IMG/VR virus record: IMGVR_UViG_3300000928_001655
Strand: one strand, 5' to 3'
Length of the DNA stretch: 64,000 bases
Source of the DNA: an uncultured virus (IMG/VR IMGVR_UViG_3300000928_001655)
Taxonomy: Duplodnaviria > Heunggongvirae > Uroviricota > Caudoviricetes
Below are positions 38,572 through 47,205 of this stretch, one piece after another (the stretch's first letter is position 1; every line of letters starts with the position of its first letter). The position numbers were made by a program, and so were the translations under genes. A model generated the notes under the pieces. It was not told the origin of the DNA. It was given only the letters and a program-made list of their open reading frames with translations, and searched no databases.

Positions 38572-39423
38572 TCACTTGGTGTTCTGAATAACCCTATCCA
38601 ATATGATTGCAAGACCCACAATTGCAGTACCTGCGATAAGTCCACTACCTATATATTGGTTTTGAACTGCTTGTAACACTGGGACACCTAAACCCTGTAC
38701 ACCAATCATACTCGCAATGACTACCATTGATATGGACATCATCGTAGTTTGGTTCGCACCTGCAAGGATTGATTTCTTCGAAAGAGGAAGTTCTATTGTC
38801 CATAGTATCTGCCATGGTTTCATACCCATACTCATCGCCGCTTCGATCATACCGATACCAACTTGACGTAGTCCTAAGTTCGTAAGTCGAATGATAGGTG
38901 GGACTGCATAGATTGTCATTGCAATAACGCCTGGAATTTTACCCAGACCAAATAACATAACAACTGGTATCAGGTAAACAAATATAGGGATTGTCTGCAT
39001 CACGTCAAGAATAGGATTAATTGCATTCTGAACACGTATAGTTCTCGACATCCATATACCAATAGGAATGCCTATAGCGACACTCAACAGTCCAGATGCA
39101 ATCACAAGACTGAGAGTATACATCGTATCTTCCCACAGACCAAATACCCCAATAAACAACATGTACAGTATTGAACCTGCACAGAGTATTTTGTCTCTAG
39201 TAAAATAAAAAATGACCCCGACGAATAATAACATCGTCAAGGGCCAAGGTGCACTTACTAGTGCGAACTCCACCCAGTTCATAAAGAACTTAAGTGGATA
39301 GAATATTACCTCAATAGAGTCCCCATAACTGCGAGAGAATTCTCTGAAAGATGTATCAATGGACTTTTTAATCGCCCTGATAACACCTTTACTCAGTTCT
39401 GGGAACTCTAAGAAGTAGTTCAT
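38572..39423 (-). CDS. proW: glycine betaine/proline ABC transporter permease (ProW-like)
   Basis: LDVMQTIP.FVYLIP, EAAMSMG, ELPL..IL.G.NQT.M. Confidence 0.92.
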   Translation of the reverse strand: MNYFLEFPELSKGVIRAIKKSIDTSFREFSRSYGDSIEVIFYPLKFFMNWVEFALVSAPWPLTMLLFVGVIFYFTRDKILCAGSILYMLFIGVFGLWEDTMYTLSLVIASGLLSVAIGIPIGIWMSRTIRVQNAINPILDVMQTIPIFVYLIPVVMLFGLGKIPGVIAMTIYAVPPIIRLTNLGLRQVGIGMIEAAMSMGMKPWQILWTIELPLSKKSILAGANQTTMMSISMVVIASMIGVQGLGVPVLQAVQNQYIGSGLIAGTAIVGLAIILDRVIQNTK

Positions 39424-39426
39424 GGG

Positions 39427-40422
39427 TTAGTTCAGTTTCGCAGCAACGTCTTCTGAAACCCATGCTTTCCACATGTCGTAGTTTTCTACAAAGTATTCTG
39501 CTACTTCATCTGGAGCGGCTTGGTTGTCATCCATGTAACCCAATAGTGAATTCATCACTGGGCCTGGGATAACACGTGCGGCAAAATAACTTTGCGCTTC
39601 TGCACTACCTGTTGCGGCAAATTCATCTGTGAATACAGTACGCACGAATGAACCTGTCCAGCTTGATGGTTGTGGGTTCGGACAATCTGGTTTTGTAATA
39701 CAATTCCAGTTCTCTTGACCACCGAATTCTACACCCCAATCAAGGACACGTAGATCGTATTTGCCAACGAAGGCAGTTGGTGCGGAGTAATATCCGAACC
39801 ATGCTTCTCCACGATCATGGGCACGACTAATAGTGGCATCTTCTGCCGCATATGAGCCAGGTTCGATCATTTTCCAACCTTTTGCTTCCATGTCAAACGC
39901 ATTGAACAAGTTCGCATTTGAAATCTGACAACCTGAGCCTGGAGGACATGTTACAAATCCACCTTTACTCGCATCATCAGGATGTGGAAATAGATCTGGA
40001 CGTGCAAGAACTGCTTCCAGTGTAGTTAGTTCTGGATGTGCTTCCAGAATATTTGGGTGAACGTACCATCCCTCTGCAACACCACCGATTGGTGATTGTC
40101 CTGCAGATTCTGTCATACGACCATCCTCTAGTGCGGCATTGTACAAGTCAATACCCGCTGCGTTTGGCCACAACTCACCCATAACGTCTGGTTGGGATTG
40201 TTCAACCATAGACGTAAATGAAGGAACAGTACCGCCTGGGATCATAGTTACTGAACATCCCATACCCTCTTCGAGTACAAGTTTGTCAATTTCTCCCAAG
40301 ATGCTTGCGGAACCCCATCCGAGTCCTGCCATTGTGACATCGCCACAATCATCTGCACTTGCGGTGCTAACAAACCCCAAGGTGACTGCCGCTGCAGCAA
40401 AAGTTACCAAAGTTTTTTTCAT
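39427..40422 (-). CDS. proX: glycine betaine-type ABC substrate-binding protein (ProX-like)
   Basis: Signal peptide, CG.VTMA..GW.S, CPPGSGC, WFGYYSAP. Confidence 0.88.
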   Translation of the reverse strand: MKKTLVTFAAAAVTLGFVSTASADDCGDVTMAGLGWGSASILGEIDKLVLEEGMGCSVTMIPGGTVPSFTSMVEQSQPDVMGELWPNAAGIDLYNAALEDGRMTESAGQSPIGGVAEGWYVHPNILEAHPELTTLEAVLARPDLFPHPDDASKGGFVTCPPGSGCQISNANLFNAFDMEAKGWKMIEPGSYAAEDATISRAHDRGEAWFGYYSAPTAFVGKYDLRVLDWGVEFGGQENWNCITKPDCPNPQPSSWTGSFVRTVFTDEFAATGSAEAQSYFAARVIPGPVMNSLLGYMDDNQAAPDEVAEYFVENYDMWKAWVSEDVAAKLN

Positions 40423-40456
40423 GTATGTTTTTCCTTTCATGATTATTCAACATAAC

Positions 40457-41080
40457 TTAATTATTATAACATTGTTCTACTAGATTGTCAACATCTTTTT
40501 TTGACAATGTTGGTTTCCAAGGATCTTTTTGATCCCATCTCTCAGAATAGTTTACTACGAAACGTATTCCATTTTTATTTGCGAGGTTATATGCATCCCC
40601 GACTTGATGTTGGTTGTGCTTCAGTACTGGAAAACTCCACGTAACATTTGCACCCATTAATGCGCCAAGACGCATTGCATTAAAGGACTGATCAAAAATC
40701 AATCCTTTTCTATAAGTCCCTGCAGTGTCTTGGAGACCGTCTACATCAAAGTGAAATCTATCATCTTTGTTTGTACAAACGGCGAATATGTATTCCCACC
40801 ACTTTTCATTATATCCAGAACCAACAGTATATAGTGACATTGGTATAGAACTCTTCTCAATCATTTCCACGATCTCAGGGAACTTGGAATGATAGATTGG
40901 ATCTCCTAGATTACCACACAATACTATTCTATCTGGTCTGTTATTTATAACAGTCTGCACATGTTCCATTTTGATATCTGTCTCAGCATATAATCCTTTA
41001 AGTAAGGTTCTGGGACATTTAGAACAAGCTTGAAAACACCTAGACGTGAGTTCAATCTTTATATTTTTCCGTGCATTCAT
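40457..41080 (-). CDS. radical SAM protein (core only)
   Basis: CFQACSKC, CGNLGDP, DVDG, KHNQHQ. Confidence 0.88.
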   Translation of the reverse strand: MNARKNIKIELTSRCFQACSKCPRTLLKGLYAETDIKMEHVQTVINNRPDRIVLCGNLGDPIYHSKFPEIVEMIEKSSIPMSLYTVGSGYNEKWWEYIFAVCTNKDDRFHFDVDGLQDTAGTYRKGLIFDQSFNAMRLGALMGANVTWSFPVLKHNQHQVGDAYNLANKNGIRFVVNYSERWDQKDPWKPTLSKKDVDNLVEQCYNN

Positions 41081-41330
41081 AAAAACAAACCTTTAAACCG
41101 TTGAAAGGATTTTCTTTAACGTCTTCTACGAACTTTTTGAGATGTATATTTACTATATCATCCATAGAAGTTTTGTCTAAGTTCCAATCATCCGATTCAT
41201 CAAATATTTTCTTCTCTTCACTGGCTTCACTAATCCAATAGCAAGGACGGACTGTACCCCTTGAAGATACAAAGAGTTGACAACCGCCCTCACATTTTGG
41301 TGTGATGTCCATGTTCCATTGTTTCATCAT
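41052..41330 (-). CDS. stand-alone SPASM/twitch-like Fe-S domain protein
   Basis: ITPKC...GTVRPCYW...CFYEC. Confidence 0.7.
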   Translation of the reverse strand: MMKQWNMDITPKCEGGCQLFVSSRGTVRPCYWISEASEEKKIFDESDDWNLDKTSMDDIVNIHLKKFVEDVKENPFNGLKVCFYECTEKYKD

Positions 41331-41345
41331 AATGAAGAAATACTT

Positions 41346-42227
41346 TTAGTTAAACATTAACTCGAAAGTTGCAGGACCAGCTACCCCATCAGGTACGAGA
41401 TCATTTTCACGTTGGAATTCCATCAATACCTTTTCTGTACCTCTACCAAAGATACCGTCTGCAGGATCGATGCCCAATGCAGTTTGCATTGCTTCTACAC
41501 CTTCACCACGTGAACCTTTACGAAGTACACCGATATCATCTAATACATCCATGATATCTTCATCGTCTTCAACTGCACCGACAGAAACACCGTCACCACC
41601 AAGGATCTTGATGGCATGGTTATAACGGAATAGACGATCATCAAGACCGATTGCGCCACCGTTAATTTTCTTCGTCATTTTTTTGACATCATCGGTATCT
41701 GCGATTTTGTTTAGTTTGTTTGCATTCCAGAACCAACAGGCACTTTCAATTGCCCCTGCAGGTGTTGCAACGTAATCTGCCGCTTCTTCTGCAGTCATGT
41801 CGACTGACTTACCAAAGCGTGTGTAGTTTTCACGGCCTGTCAATTGCTTGAGGCCACGGCCACGGAACAACCATCCGTCACCGTCTTGAGTATTGCCCAT
41901 TTTGTATTTACGGAACTCGTCCATATACACATAGTTTGCAATCAGTTCTGGTTTACGGTGATATTCATCTGCATCACGTTTCGGGGAGTCACCAAAGTAA
42001 CGTCCGAATACTGCACGTAGTGCTTTTGCAGAATAGTTTAAGTTTTCTTCTAAACGTCTAAATCCGCCACTCTCGTGAGCGCATTGACTCAAAAAGTGGG
42101 CAACTCTACGTTCTGTGGTGATACCGTATTTTGGTAGTAGTTCACATAGTGCGTCATACCAGTTGTCGGCATCATCTTCGATAATTTCATTTAATTGATC
42201 TTTAGTGAATTCGAAATCAAACGACAT
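41346..42227 (-). CDS. endolysin: GH19 domain plus peptidoglycan-binding domain
   Basis: FLSQCAHESGG, ENLNYS, FRGRGLKQLTG, INGG; C-terminal DGIFG..T..FQ...DGVAGPAT. Confidence 0.9.
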   Translation of the reverse strand: MSFDFEFTKDQLNEIIEDDADNWYDALCELLPKYGITTERRVAHFLSQCAHESGGFRRLEENLNYSAKALRAVFGRYFGDSPKRDADEYHRKPELIANYVYMDEFRKYKMGNTQDGDGWLFRGRGLKQLTGRENYTRFGKSVDMTAEEAADYVATPAGAIESACWFWNANKLNKIADTDDVKKMTKKINGGAIGLDDRLFRYNHAIKILGGDGVSVGAVEDDEDIMDVLDDIGVLRKGSRGEGVEAMQTALGIDPADGIFGRGTEKVLMEFQRENDLVPDGVAGPATFELMFN

Positions 42228-42246
42228 GATGTCTCCCTTATGTTGT

Positions 42247-42324
42247 TGGCCTCCCCTGCACGACTCGAACGTGCGACCTAGTGCTTAGAAGGCACTTGCT
42301 CTAATCCAACTGAGCTAAGGAGAG
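42247..42324 (-). tRNA. tRNA-Arg(UCU)
   Basis: Cloverleaf, anticodon loop CT-TCT-AA, TTCGA T-loop, encoded CCA. Confidence 0.92.
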
Positions 42325-42481
42325 TGTATTATTAATAATGTTATGATGATTAGTACTGCGAGTATTAGGAATGAGTTACGCCACGACCATGCAACAAATC
42401 CGATAAAGAATTTTATCAAACAGAAGATGGCAATGATTCCCACAAACAGTGAGAAAAGGACTATAACCCATTCCATAATAT

Positions 42482-42694
42482 TTAGTCGAAGTCTAGATTG
42501 CCAGTTGCAAAGGCCATGGAGTCGAGACCATAGTCTTCTAGACTAGTTTCTCTCCAACCTTTCGCTCCCTCACCTAGATCGTAGTAAAGGTGAAAGTCAC
42601 CATTCTTTGTCAATCGATCAACTCCTGCAGAGTCATCCATTGCGTCTAGTGTTTCATCATCAAACATATCTTCGATTCTCATTGATTTAGGCAT
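42482..42694 (-). CDS. small acidic hypothetical protein
   Basis: 70 aa in an early gene run with GGAG RBS. Confidence 0.6.
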   Translation of the reverse strand: MPKSMRIEDMFDDETLDAMDDSAGVDRLTKNGDFHLYYDLGEGAKGWRETSLEDYGLDSMAFATGNLDFD

Positions 42695-42857
42695 TCACAT
42701 TCTCCATTTCATATTCAAAATTTATCAAGGCATCTTTCTTCTCTATGAGAAGTTTTTCGACGTTCCATAACGCCATACGTTTTTCGTCACTCGCACCTTC
42801 ATTCATTGCGATGACTAAGTTTTCAAGCACTGCGATATCGTGGGCAATCTGATTCAT
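42687..42857 (-). CDS. small hypothetical protein (56 aa)
   Basis: Hand-translated MNQIAHDIAVLENLV...; AGGAG RBS; downstream of a promoter. Confidence 0.6.
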   Translation of the reverse strand: MNQIAHDIAVLENLVIAMNEGASDEKRMALWNVEKLLIEKKDALINFEYEMENVNA

Positions 42858-42882
42858 AATATATCTCCTAAATCACTTAGAT

Positions 42883-42911
42883 ACTATACAACAAACAATC
42901 TCGTTTGTCAA
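42883..42911 (-). promoter_or_regulatory. early sigma70-type promoter
   Basis: TTGACA-17 nt-TATAGT. Confidence 0.7.
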
Positions 42912-42919
42912 GCTCTTTT

Positions 42920-43519
42920 TTACTTTTTTTTCAACTTTTTTACATAAATGTGTTTTGGTGGACGTTCTTGATAAAAGGCATCGCCAGTCTCAAGTGCATC
43001 CTTAACACGTTGCGCAAAGGGTTTCAGATTTTTAACACCGTCTTTATTAGTGTAATATGTTCTAATCGCCTTGTCGTGGTATTCTCTTTCACCAAATTTG
43101 ATGATCCTTGATTTCGCAGTCATACCACGATGTTCAAAGTTAGTCGCCTTATAGATTGTACCCTCGTGTCCATAATGCGCATCCGCATAGGAAACTACAA
43201 TCTTATGTGGTGAGTTCTTTTTCAACCATCTCAGTGTGTGACCAATGAAAAAGGACTCAGTATTTTTCGGGGTGTCGTCAATGCAACAAAGTCTACGGAG
43301 TTCAATAACGTCTTGTTCAGTCTCTCCATATTTCTTCCATGCATTCGCCATCCCAAGTGCACCGTAGATCATACCACCAATAAGTTCTTTATCGTTGTAC
43401 ATTGCAAAACATTGTCCAACTCTCAAACCATTGACGTTTCCACTATAGTGCCACTTCTCAACGAAATCTCTGATGACAGAGATCTCGCAGGGTTCGACTA
43501 TGAAGTCACGTACTTTCAT
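42920..43519 (-). CDS. Mom-like GNAT-fold DNA modification protein
   Basis: WHYS, ELRRL...KNTESFFI, VSYAD..GHEGTIYKATNF. Confidence 0.75.
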   Translation of the reverse strand: MKVRDFIVEPCEISVIRDFVEKWHYSGNVNGLRVGQCFAMYNDKELIGGMIYGALGMANAWKKYGETEQDVIELRRLCCIDDTPKNTESFFIGHTLRWLKKNSPHKIVVSYADAHYGHEGTIYKATNFEHRGMTAKSRIIKFGEREYHDKAIRTYYTNKDGVKNLKPFAQRVKDALETGDAFYQERPPKHIYVKKLKKK

Positions 43520-43944
43520 TAAGCTTCCAGTACGTAATCTTTGTTCCACTTACCAATATTGATATCAGTGTAATATGCAATGTCAAAGTAGTCAGTCATG
43601 ATATCAGAATTGTTGTACCAACCTGTACCTTTCATTGCTTTGATGAGTTCACCATAGAACTTTGAGATCTTGGTTTCACCAATCTCTTCCATCCACTGTT
43701 CACACCAGCTAGTGTTCACTTGAAGATAACCACCAACTTTGTGGGGCATGTCTCCACGCCACTCTGCACGATGATCATTGTACTTCTGAGACGCACCTAG
43801 AAAATCCAGAACACCAGATTTGATATTTACAACCAAAGAACTGTGATGGTTAATTGCGATAGAACCTTTCACACCGTATTTTTTCAATACTGCTTTGATT
43901 GCAGGTGCGAGAGCTTTTTTGTCTTCTTGTGAAATATATGCCAT
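43519..43944 (-). CDS. conserved phage hypothetical protein
   Basis: MAYISQEDKK...NNSDIMTDYFD..YY..INIGKW. Confidence 0.75.
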   Translation of the reverse strand: MAYISQEDKKALAPAIKAVLKKYGVKGSIAINHHSSLVVNIKSGVLDFLGASQKYNDHRAEWRGDMPHKVGGYLQVNTSWCEQWMEEIGETKISKFYGELIKAMKGTGWYNNSDIMTDYFDIAYYTDINIGKWNKDYVLEA

Positions 43945-43945
43945 G

Positions 43946-44224
43946 TTATGCAGCCTCTCCAAATAATTGACTCATACCTTCGTGAACAACGTTATAAGCG
44001 TTACACTCAGTACCGTAGTGATCGAAGAATTCTTCATCATCTTCGAAAGCGACGACTTGAACGTCACCGTTGAACAAAGCGTCTTGACTTGCGATGTATT
44101 CATCCCAAGCACGGTTCATTGCGTTCATACCTTCAAGACAGTCGCCTTGACCGTGTTGAGTCATGATTTCCCACGCTTGTGAGAATTCTAGTTCTTGTTG
44201 GTGAAAATTAGGGATTCTAAACAT
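43946..44224 (-). CDS. hypothetical early protein
   Basis: 92 aa, first gene after a promoter cassette. Confidence 0.7.
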   Translation of the reverse strand: MFRIPNFHQQELEFSQAWEIMTQHGQGDCLEGMNAMNRAWDEYIASQDALFNGDVQVVAFEDDEEFFDHYGTECNAYNVVHEGMSQLFGEAA

Positions 44225-44292
44225 ATTGATTCTTTCTTTCTACTGATTCTTAACTTACTCTTATAATATACACTATTTTTGGGAAATGTCAA
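44225..44292 (-). promoter_or_regulatory. early promoter cassette (CTTGACA...TATATT...AAGTTAAGA...GAATCA-ATG)
   Basis: Same layout as the cassettes at 46232, 47403 and 48536. Confidence 0.7.
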
Positions 44293-44305
44293 GCCCTAAA
44301 ATGAA

Positions 44306-44515
44306 TTATTTTAAGTTTTCTTTAAGAACCCAGTCAACACCATCAATACCACACCAAACATATCCATTATGCATTTTATAAGCTTCATATGCTTGTGTAA
44401 CAGTCATGTTTTCATCAAAACCATTATCCATAGATTCGATAATCCAATCAAAAGTCTTACCGTAGTAATCTTCTGCTCTTTTAGTCAGGATAGTCTTTGC
44501 ACGTTCATATTTCAT
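44306..44515 (-). CDS. hypothetical early protein
   Basis: 69 aa, downstream of a promoter. Confidence 0.6.
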   Translation of the reverse strand: MKYERAKTILTKRAEDYYGKTFDWIIESMDNGFDENMTVTQAYEAYKMHNGYVWCGIDGVDWVLKENLK

Positions 44516-44551
44516 TATATTTCACTTTCGTTTCTCTGATTCGTCTTACTC

Positions 44552-44584
44552 TATAAATATAGCACACTTTACAACGAGAGTCAA
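44552..44584. promoter_or_regulatory. overlapping divergent promoters: late TATAAATA (+) and sigma70 TTGACT-17-TATATT (-)
   Basis: TATAAATA at 44552-44559 overlaps the minus-strand -10 at 44556-44561. Confidence 0.6.
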
Positions 44585-44592
44585 TATGTTTT

Positions 44593-45120
44593 ATGAAATT
44601 ATTACGAATTATTTGCCTACTAGTGGCAGGAAATGTCCTTCTTGCATGTGAAACTGTAGGATCTTTTAAGATCCCCAACAGACCCACTAATCCCCAATAC
44701 GAATATGTTAAGACTGCACATAGTTTCTATGGTATGCACGAGATCAGAGATAGACAAACTCTCAAAGAGTTCACTGGTGTAGATCCATCAAAAACTCAGT
44801 GGTGCGCCGCATTTGTGAATGCAGTTCTAAAAGAGAACAACACTCTAGGATCTGGAAGTGTCACTGAAGTACCTTTAATGGCAAGAAGTTTTTTATTCTG
44901 GGGGGAAAGAGTTGATGAACCCAAGATTGGTGACGTAGTTGTCTTCCCTAGAGGTAATCAGGGTTGGCAAGGACACGTTGGTTTCTATATTGAAACGAGG
45001 GTTATAAAGGATATTGACTATTATGTCATCCTTGGTGGAAATCAGGAAAACGGTGTTACCTATGATACTTACCCTGCATATAAAGCTTTGACTATACGCA
45101 GAGGATTTCCTCAAGATTAA
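44593..45120 (+). CDS. TIGR02594-like NlpC/P60-CHAP peptidoglycan hydrolase with signal/lipoprotein-like N-terminus
   Basis: WCAAFVN, ARSFL.WG, GDVVVF.RG, GHVGF, LGGNQ. Confidence 0.85.
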   Translation: MKLLRIICLLVAGNVLLACETVGSFKIPNRPTNPQYEYVKTAHSFYGMHEIRDRQTLKEFTGVDPSKTQWCAAFVNAVLKENNTLGSGSVTEVPLMARSFLFWGERVDEPKIGDVVVFPRGNQGWQGHVGFYIETRVIKDIDYYVILGGNQENGVTYDTYPAYKALTIRRGFPQD

Positions 45121-45121
45121 T

Positions 45122-45196
45122 TGGCTGGGAAGGTAGGACTCGAACCTACAACCTTTTGTACCAAAAACAAGTGATCTACCATTGATCTACTTCCCA
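45122..45196 (-). tRNA. tRNA-Gln(UUG)
   Basis: TGGGAAG/CTTCCCA stem, anticodon TTG, encoded CCA. Confidence 0.88.
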
Positions 45197-45200
45197 GTAA

Positions 45201-45275
45201 TGGCAGTCCCTACGAGAATCGAACTCGTCTTTCTAGGTTGAAAACCTAGCGTCCTAACCGATAGACGAAGGGACC
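45201..45275 (-). tRNA. tRNA-Glu(UUC)
   Basis: CTAGG-TT-TTC-AA-CCTAG anticodon arm, encoded CCA. Confidence 0.92.
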
Positions 45276-45278
45276 ATT

Positions 45279-45380
45279 TGGTCGGAAATGTAGGATTCGA
45301 ACCTACGNNNNNNNNNNNNNNNNNNNNNNNNNNNNNNNNNNNNNNNNNNNNNNNNNNNNNNNNNACTGCGCCAATTTCCG
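45279..45380 (-). tRNA. tRNA, probably Pro (anticodon in N gap)
   Basis: CGGAAAT/ATTTCCG-A-CCA acceptor stem (C1-G72, A73), GGTTCGAATCC T arm. Confidence 0.7.
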
Positions 45381-45383
45381 AAT

Positions 45384-45457
45384 TGGCAAGGGCACTAGGA
45401 GTCGAACCCAGGCTTAAGGATTTGGAATCCCACGTGCTACCGTAACACTTTACCCCT
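45384..45457 (-). tRNA. tRNA-Trp(CCA)
   Basis: AGGGGTA start, anticodon CCA, GTTCGA T-loop, GCCA end. Confidence 0.88.
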
Positions 45458-46010
45458 GTATTGGTGTGAACCAGTTGGGCATTTCCCTCACTGACCACGC
45501 CATTTTAAATCGTTCTTGTTTCGTGTGATAAAACGCACGATAAGATTTCACTACATCTTCAAACATACATTCTGGATTTGATTGCATTGCCAACGGTTGT
45601 TGTGTCAAATGTCCAACATGAATGTTTCGTGGTGTACTACTTAGTATGTCACGTAAGAGTGCATCTGTTTTATGCACCTTACCATACCGATGAGTATATT
45701 CATCACAAAGTGCGCAGAAGTGAACGTAATGCCAGTTATAGTTATTGTTAGATAACATTGACCAGATTGTATCTGGATGTTTTACGTGCACTGCCTTGTA
45801 CAGAGTGTTCTCCATATTGGAGTTCGGATGTACCCAGTAATCTACCATTGTCTTTCCAGACACGGATTTTCTTTTCTCTTTTGTACCATCTAATAGACGA
45901 TGCGCAGACGAGAGCATTTGTGCACTCTCGACAATCATCTTAACCACGTGTTTATCGCACTGCATTTGTGCGGCAACAACTGGGTCTCTATCTAGTACGA
46001 ATATGTTCAT
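45450..46010 (-). CDS. pyrimidine dimer DNA glycosylase/endonuclease V-like family protein
   Basis: MNIFVLD.DP, DKHVVKMIVESAQMLS, HP..IW, EYTHRYGKVH. Confidence 0.75.
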   Translation of the reverse strand: MNIFVLDRDPVVAAQMQCDKHVVKMIVESAQMLSSAHRLLDGTKEKRKSVSGKTMVDYWVHPNSNMENTLYKAVHVKHPDTIWSMLSNNNYNWHYVHFCALCDEYTHRYGKVHKTDALLRDILSSTPRNIHVGHLTQQPLAMQSNPECMFEDVVKSYRAFYHTKQERFKMAWSVREMPNWFTPIQG

Positions 46011-46231
46011 ACGTTTGCTGCGTTCAATTCAACTGCTTTTGCAAATGCGTGTGACTGAAGTTCAAACATACCGTGATCATACATCATACCAGTACTTTCT
46101 TTGAACTCACCAACTGCATATCCACCAAACATACAAACTTGTACATAGATGTCAGGGTTTGCATTCAAAGTGTACTGATCATCTGTCAATTGGGGATCTT
46201 CAGACAACTCATAGGTAAATAGGTCTCTCAT
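46007..46231 (-). CDS. hypothetical early protein
   Basis: 74 aa after a promoter cassette. Confidence 0.65.
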   Translation of the reverse strand: MRDLFTYELSEDPQLTDDQYTLNANPDIYVQVCMFGGYAVGEFKESTGMMYDHGMFELQSHAFAKAVELNAANV

Positions 46232-46291
46232 AGTGATTCTCTCTTTCTTAACTTACCCTAGTATAATCGCATACTTTACAGAGAATGTCAA
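46232..46291 (-). promoter_or_regulatory. early promoter cassette
   Basis: CTTGACA...TGCGATTAT...GTAAGTTAAGAAAGAGAGAATCACT-ATG. Confidence 0.7.
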
Positions 46292-46452
46292 GCTTTATTT
46301 GTTATCATTTGCAAAATAATTGTTAATTCGTAAATCGACTTGTCGAGGATAAGGTGTGCAGTCTTATCCTCATTCTTCTTTCTTTCTTCGTGTAAGAACT
46401 CTAGACGTACACGAACGTACTGTTCAACAGTTGCAGGTTTCCCTCTCCTCAT
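46288..46452 (-). CDS. small hypothetical protein (54 aa)
   Basis: Hand-translated MRRGKPATVEQYVRVRLEFL...; TAATG coupling. Confidence 0.55.
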   Translation of the reverse strand: MRRGKPATVEQYVRVRLEFLHEERKKNEDKTAHLILDKSIYELTIILQMITNKA

Positions 46453-46778
46453 TACTCTTGACGATCATGCACTGGGAGAATGTTATATTCGAAACGACTG
46501 TCTGATGTACCACCGTAGTTTCCACCAAACATAAACCAACCTTTTGTGCGTTCCCACTCTTCAGTCAGGGCATTCCAAACTGCAGGTACTAACTTCGGGT
46601 ATGATTTGTTGCATGGAAAATCATCAACGATCATAACTGCAGGTGCAGTATCTGTTGGATCAAATGGCCCATCTGCATTGACAACGTTCAAAGAAGTGTT
46701 TGCAGAGGTGATCCCACCATTGGTACAATCGTACCCTGCGAATTCTGAATTGCGATATACTGATACATTAAGTCCCAT
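46452..46778 (-). CDS. conserved phage hypothetical protein
   Basis: DCTNGGIT, MFGGNY..TSDSRF, PVHDR. Confidence 0.7.
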   Translation of the reverse strand: MGLNVSVYRNSEFAGYDCTNGGITSANTSLNVVNADGPFDPTDTAPAVMIVDDFPCNKSYPKLVPAVWNALTEEWERTKGWFMFGGNYGGTSDSRFEYNILPVHDRQE

Positions 46779-46780
46779 GA

Positions 46781-47017
46781 TTAAGCTCCAATCGTGTTAT
46801 AGTAACCATCTGCATAGACGACGATGTCGCCTTCAAATGTTTCAACTTGTTTTTCGAGAATAGATCCTGTGAAGTATGCACAGGCATCTGATGCCCACTG
46901 GAAATCTTCAGACTTGATTGTCGTCTTAATAGGCATCTTCCAGTTATTCATGCCCTCTACTAGAAGATCGAAACCTTCTGCGATTTTTTCTTGTGTGTAA
47001 TTCTTATATACGATCAT
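46781..47017 (-). CDS. hypothetical protein
   Basis: NWKMPI, ACAYFTGS, ADGYY. Confidence 0.65.
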   Translation of the reverse strand: MIVYKNYTQEKIAEGFDLLVEGMNNWKMPIKTTIKSEDFQWASDACAYFTGSILEKQVETFEGDIVVYADGYYNTIGA

Positions 47018-47205
47018 GATGACCACTCCATTTTAGTTTTAAACATATCGAAGGCAGAAACGAAGTCGATTTCTCCATCGGACTTTTCAATAGTGAATTG
47101 AATATCTGGTTGACTTCCCCATTTAACACGTCGAGCGATTACAGATTCACCTGCAATTGTTTTTGCGCTCCAAACGTCATTCATAAATTTCTTATCAACT
47201 ACCAT
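47014..47205 (-). CDS. hypothetical protein
   Basis: 63 aa, overlapping gene chain. Confidence 0.55.
   Translation of the reverse strand: MVVDKKFMNDVWSAKTIAGESVIARRVKWGSQPDIQFTIEKSDGEIDFVSAFDMFKTKMEWSS

Noticed and set aside
45187..45498. 103 aa ORF in the ORF track
   Set aside because: It overlies the tRNA array and an N gap.
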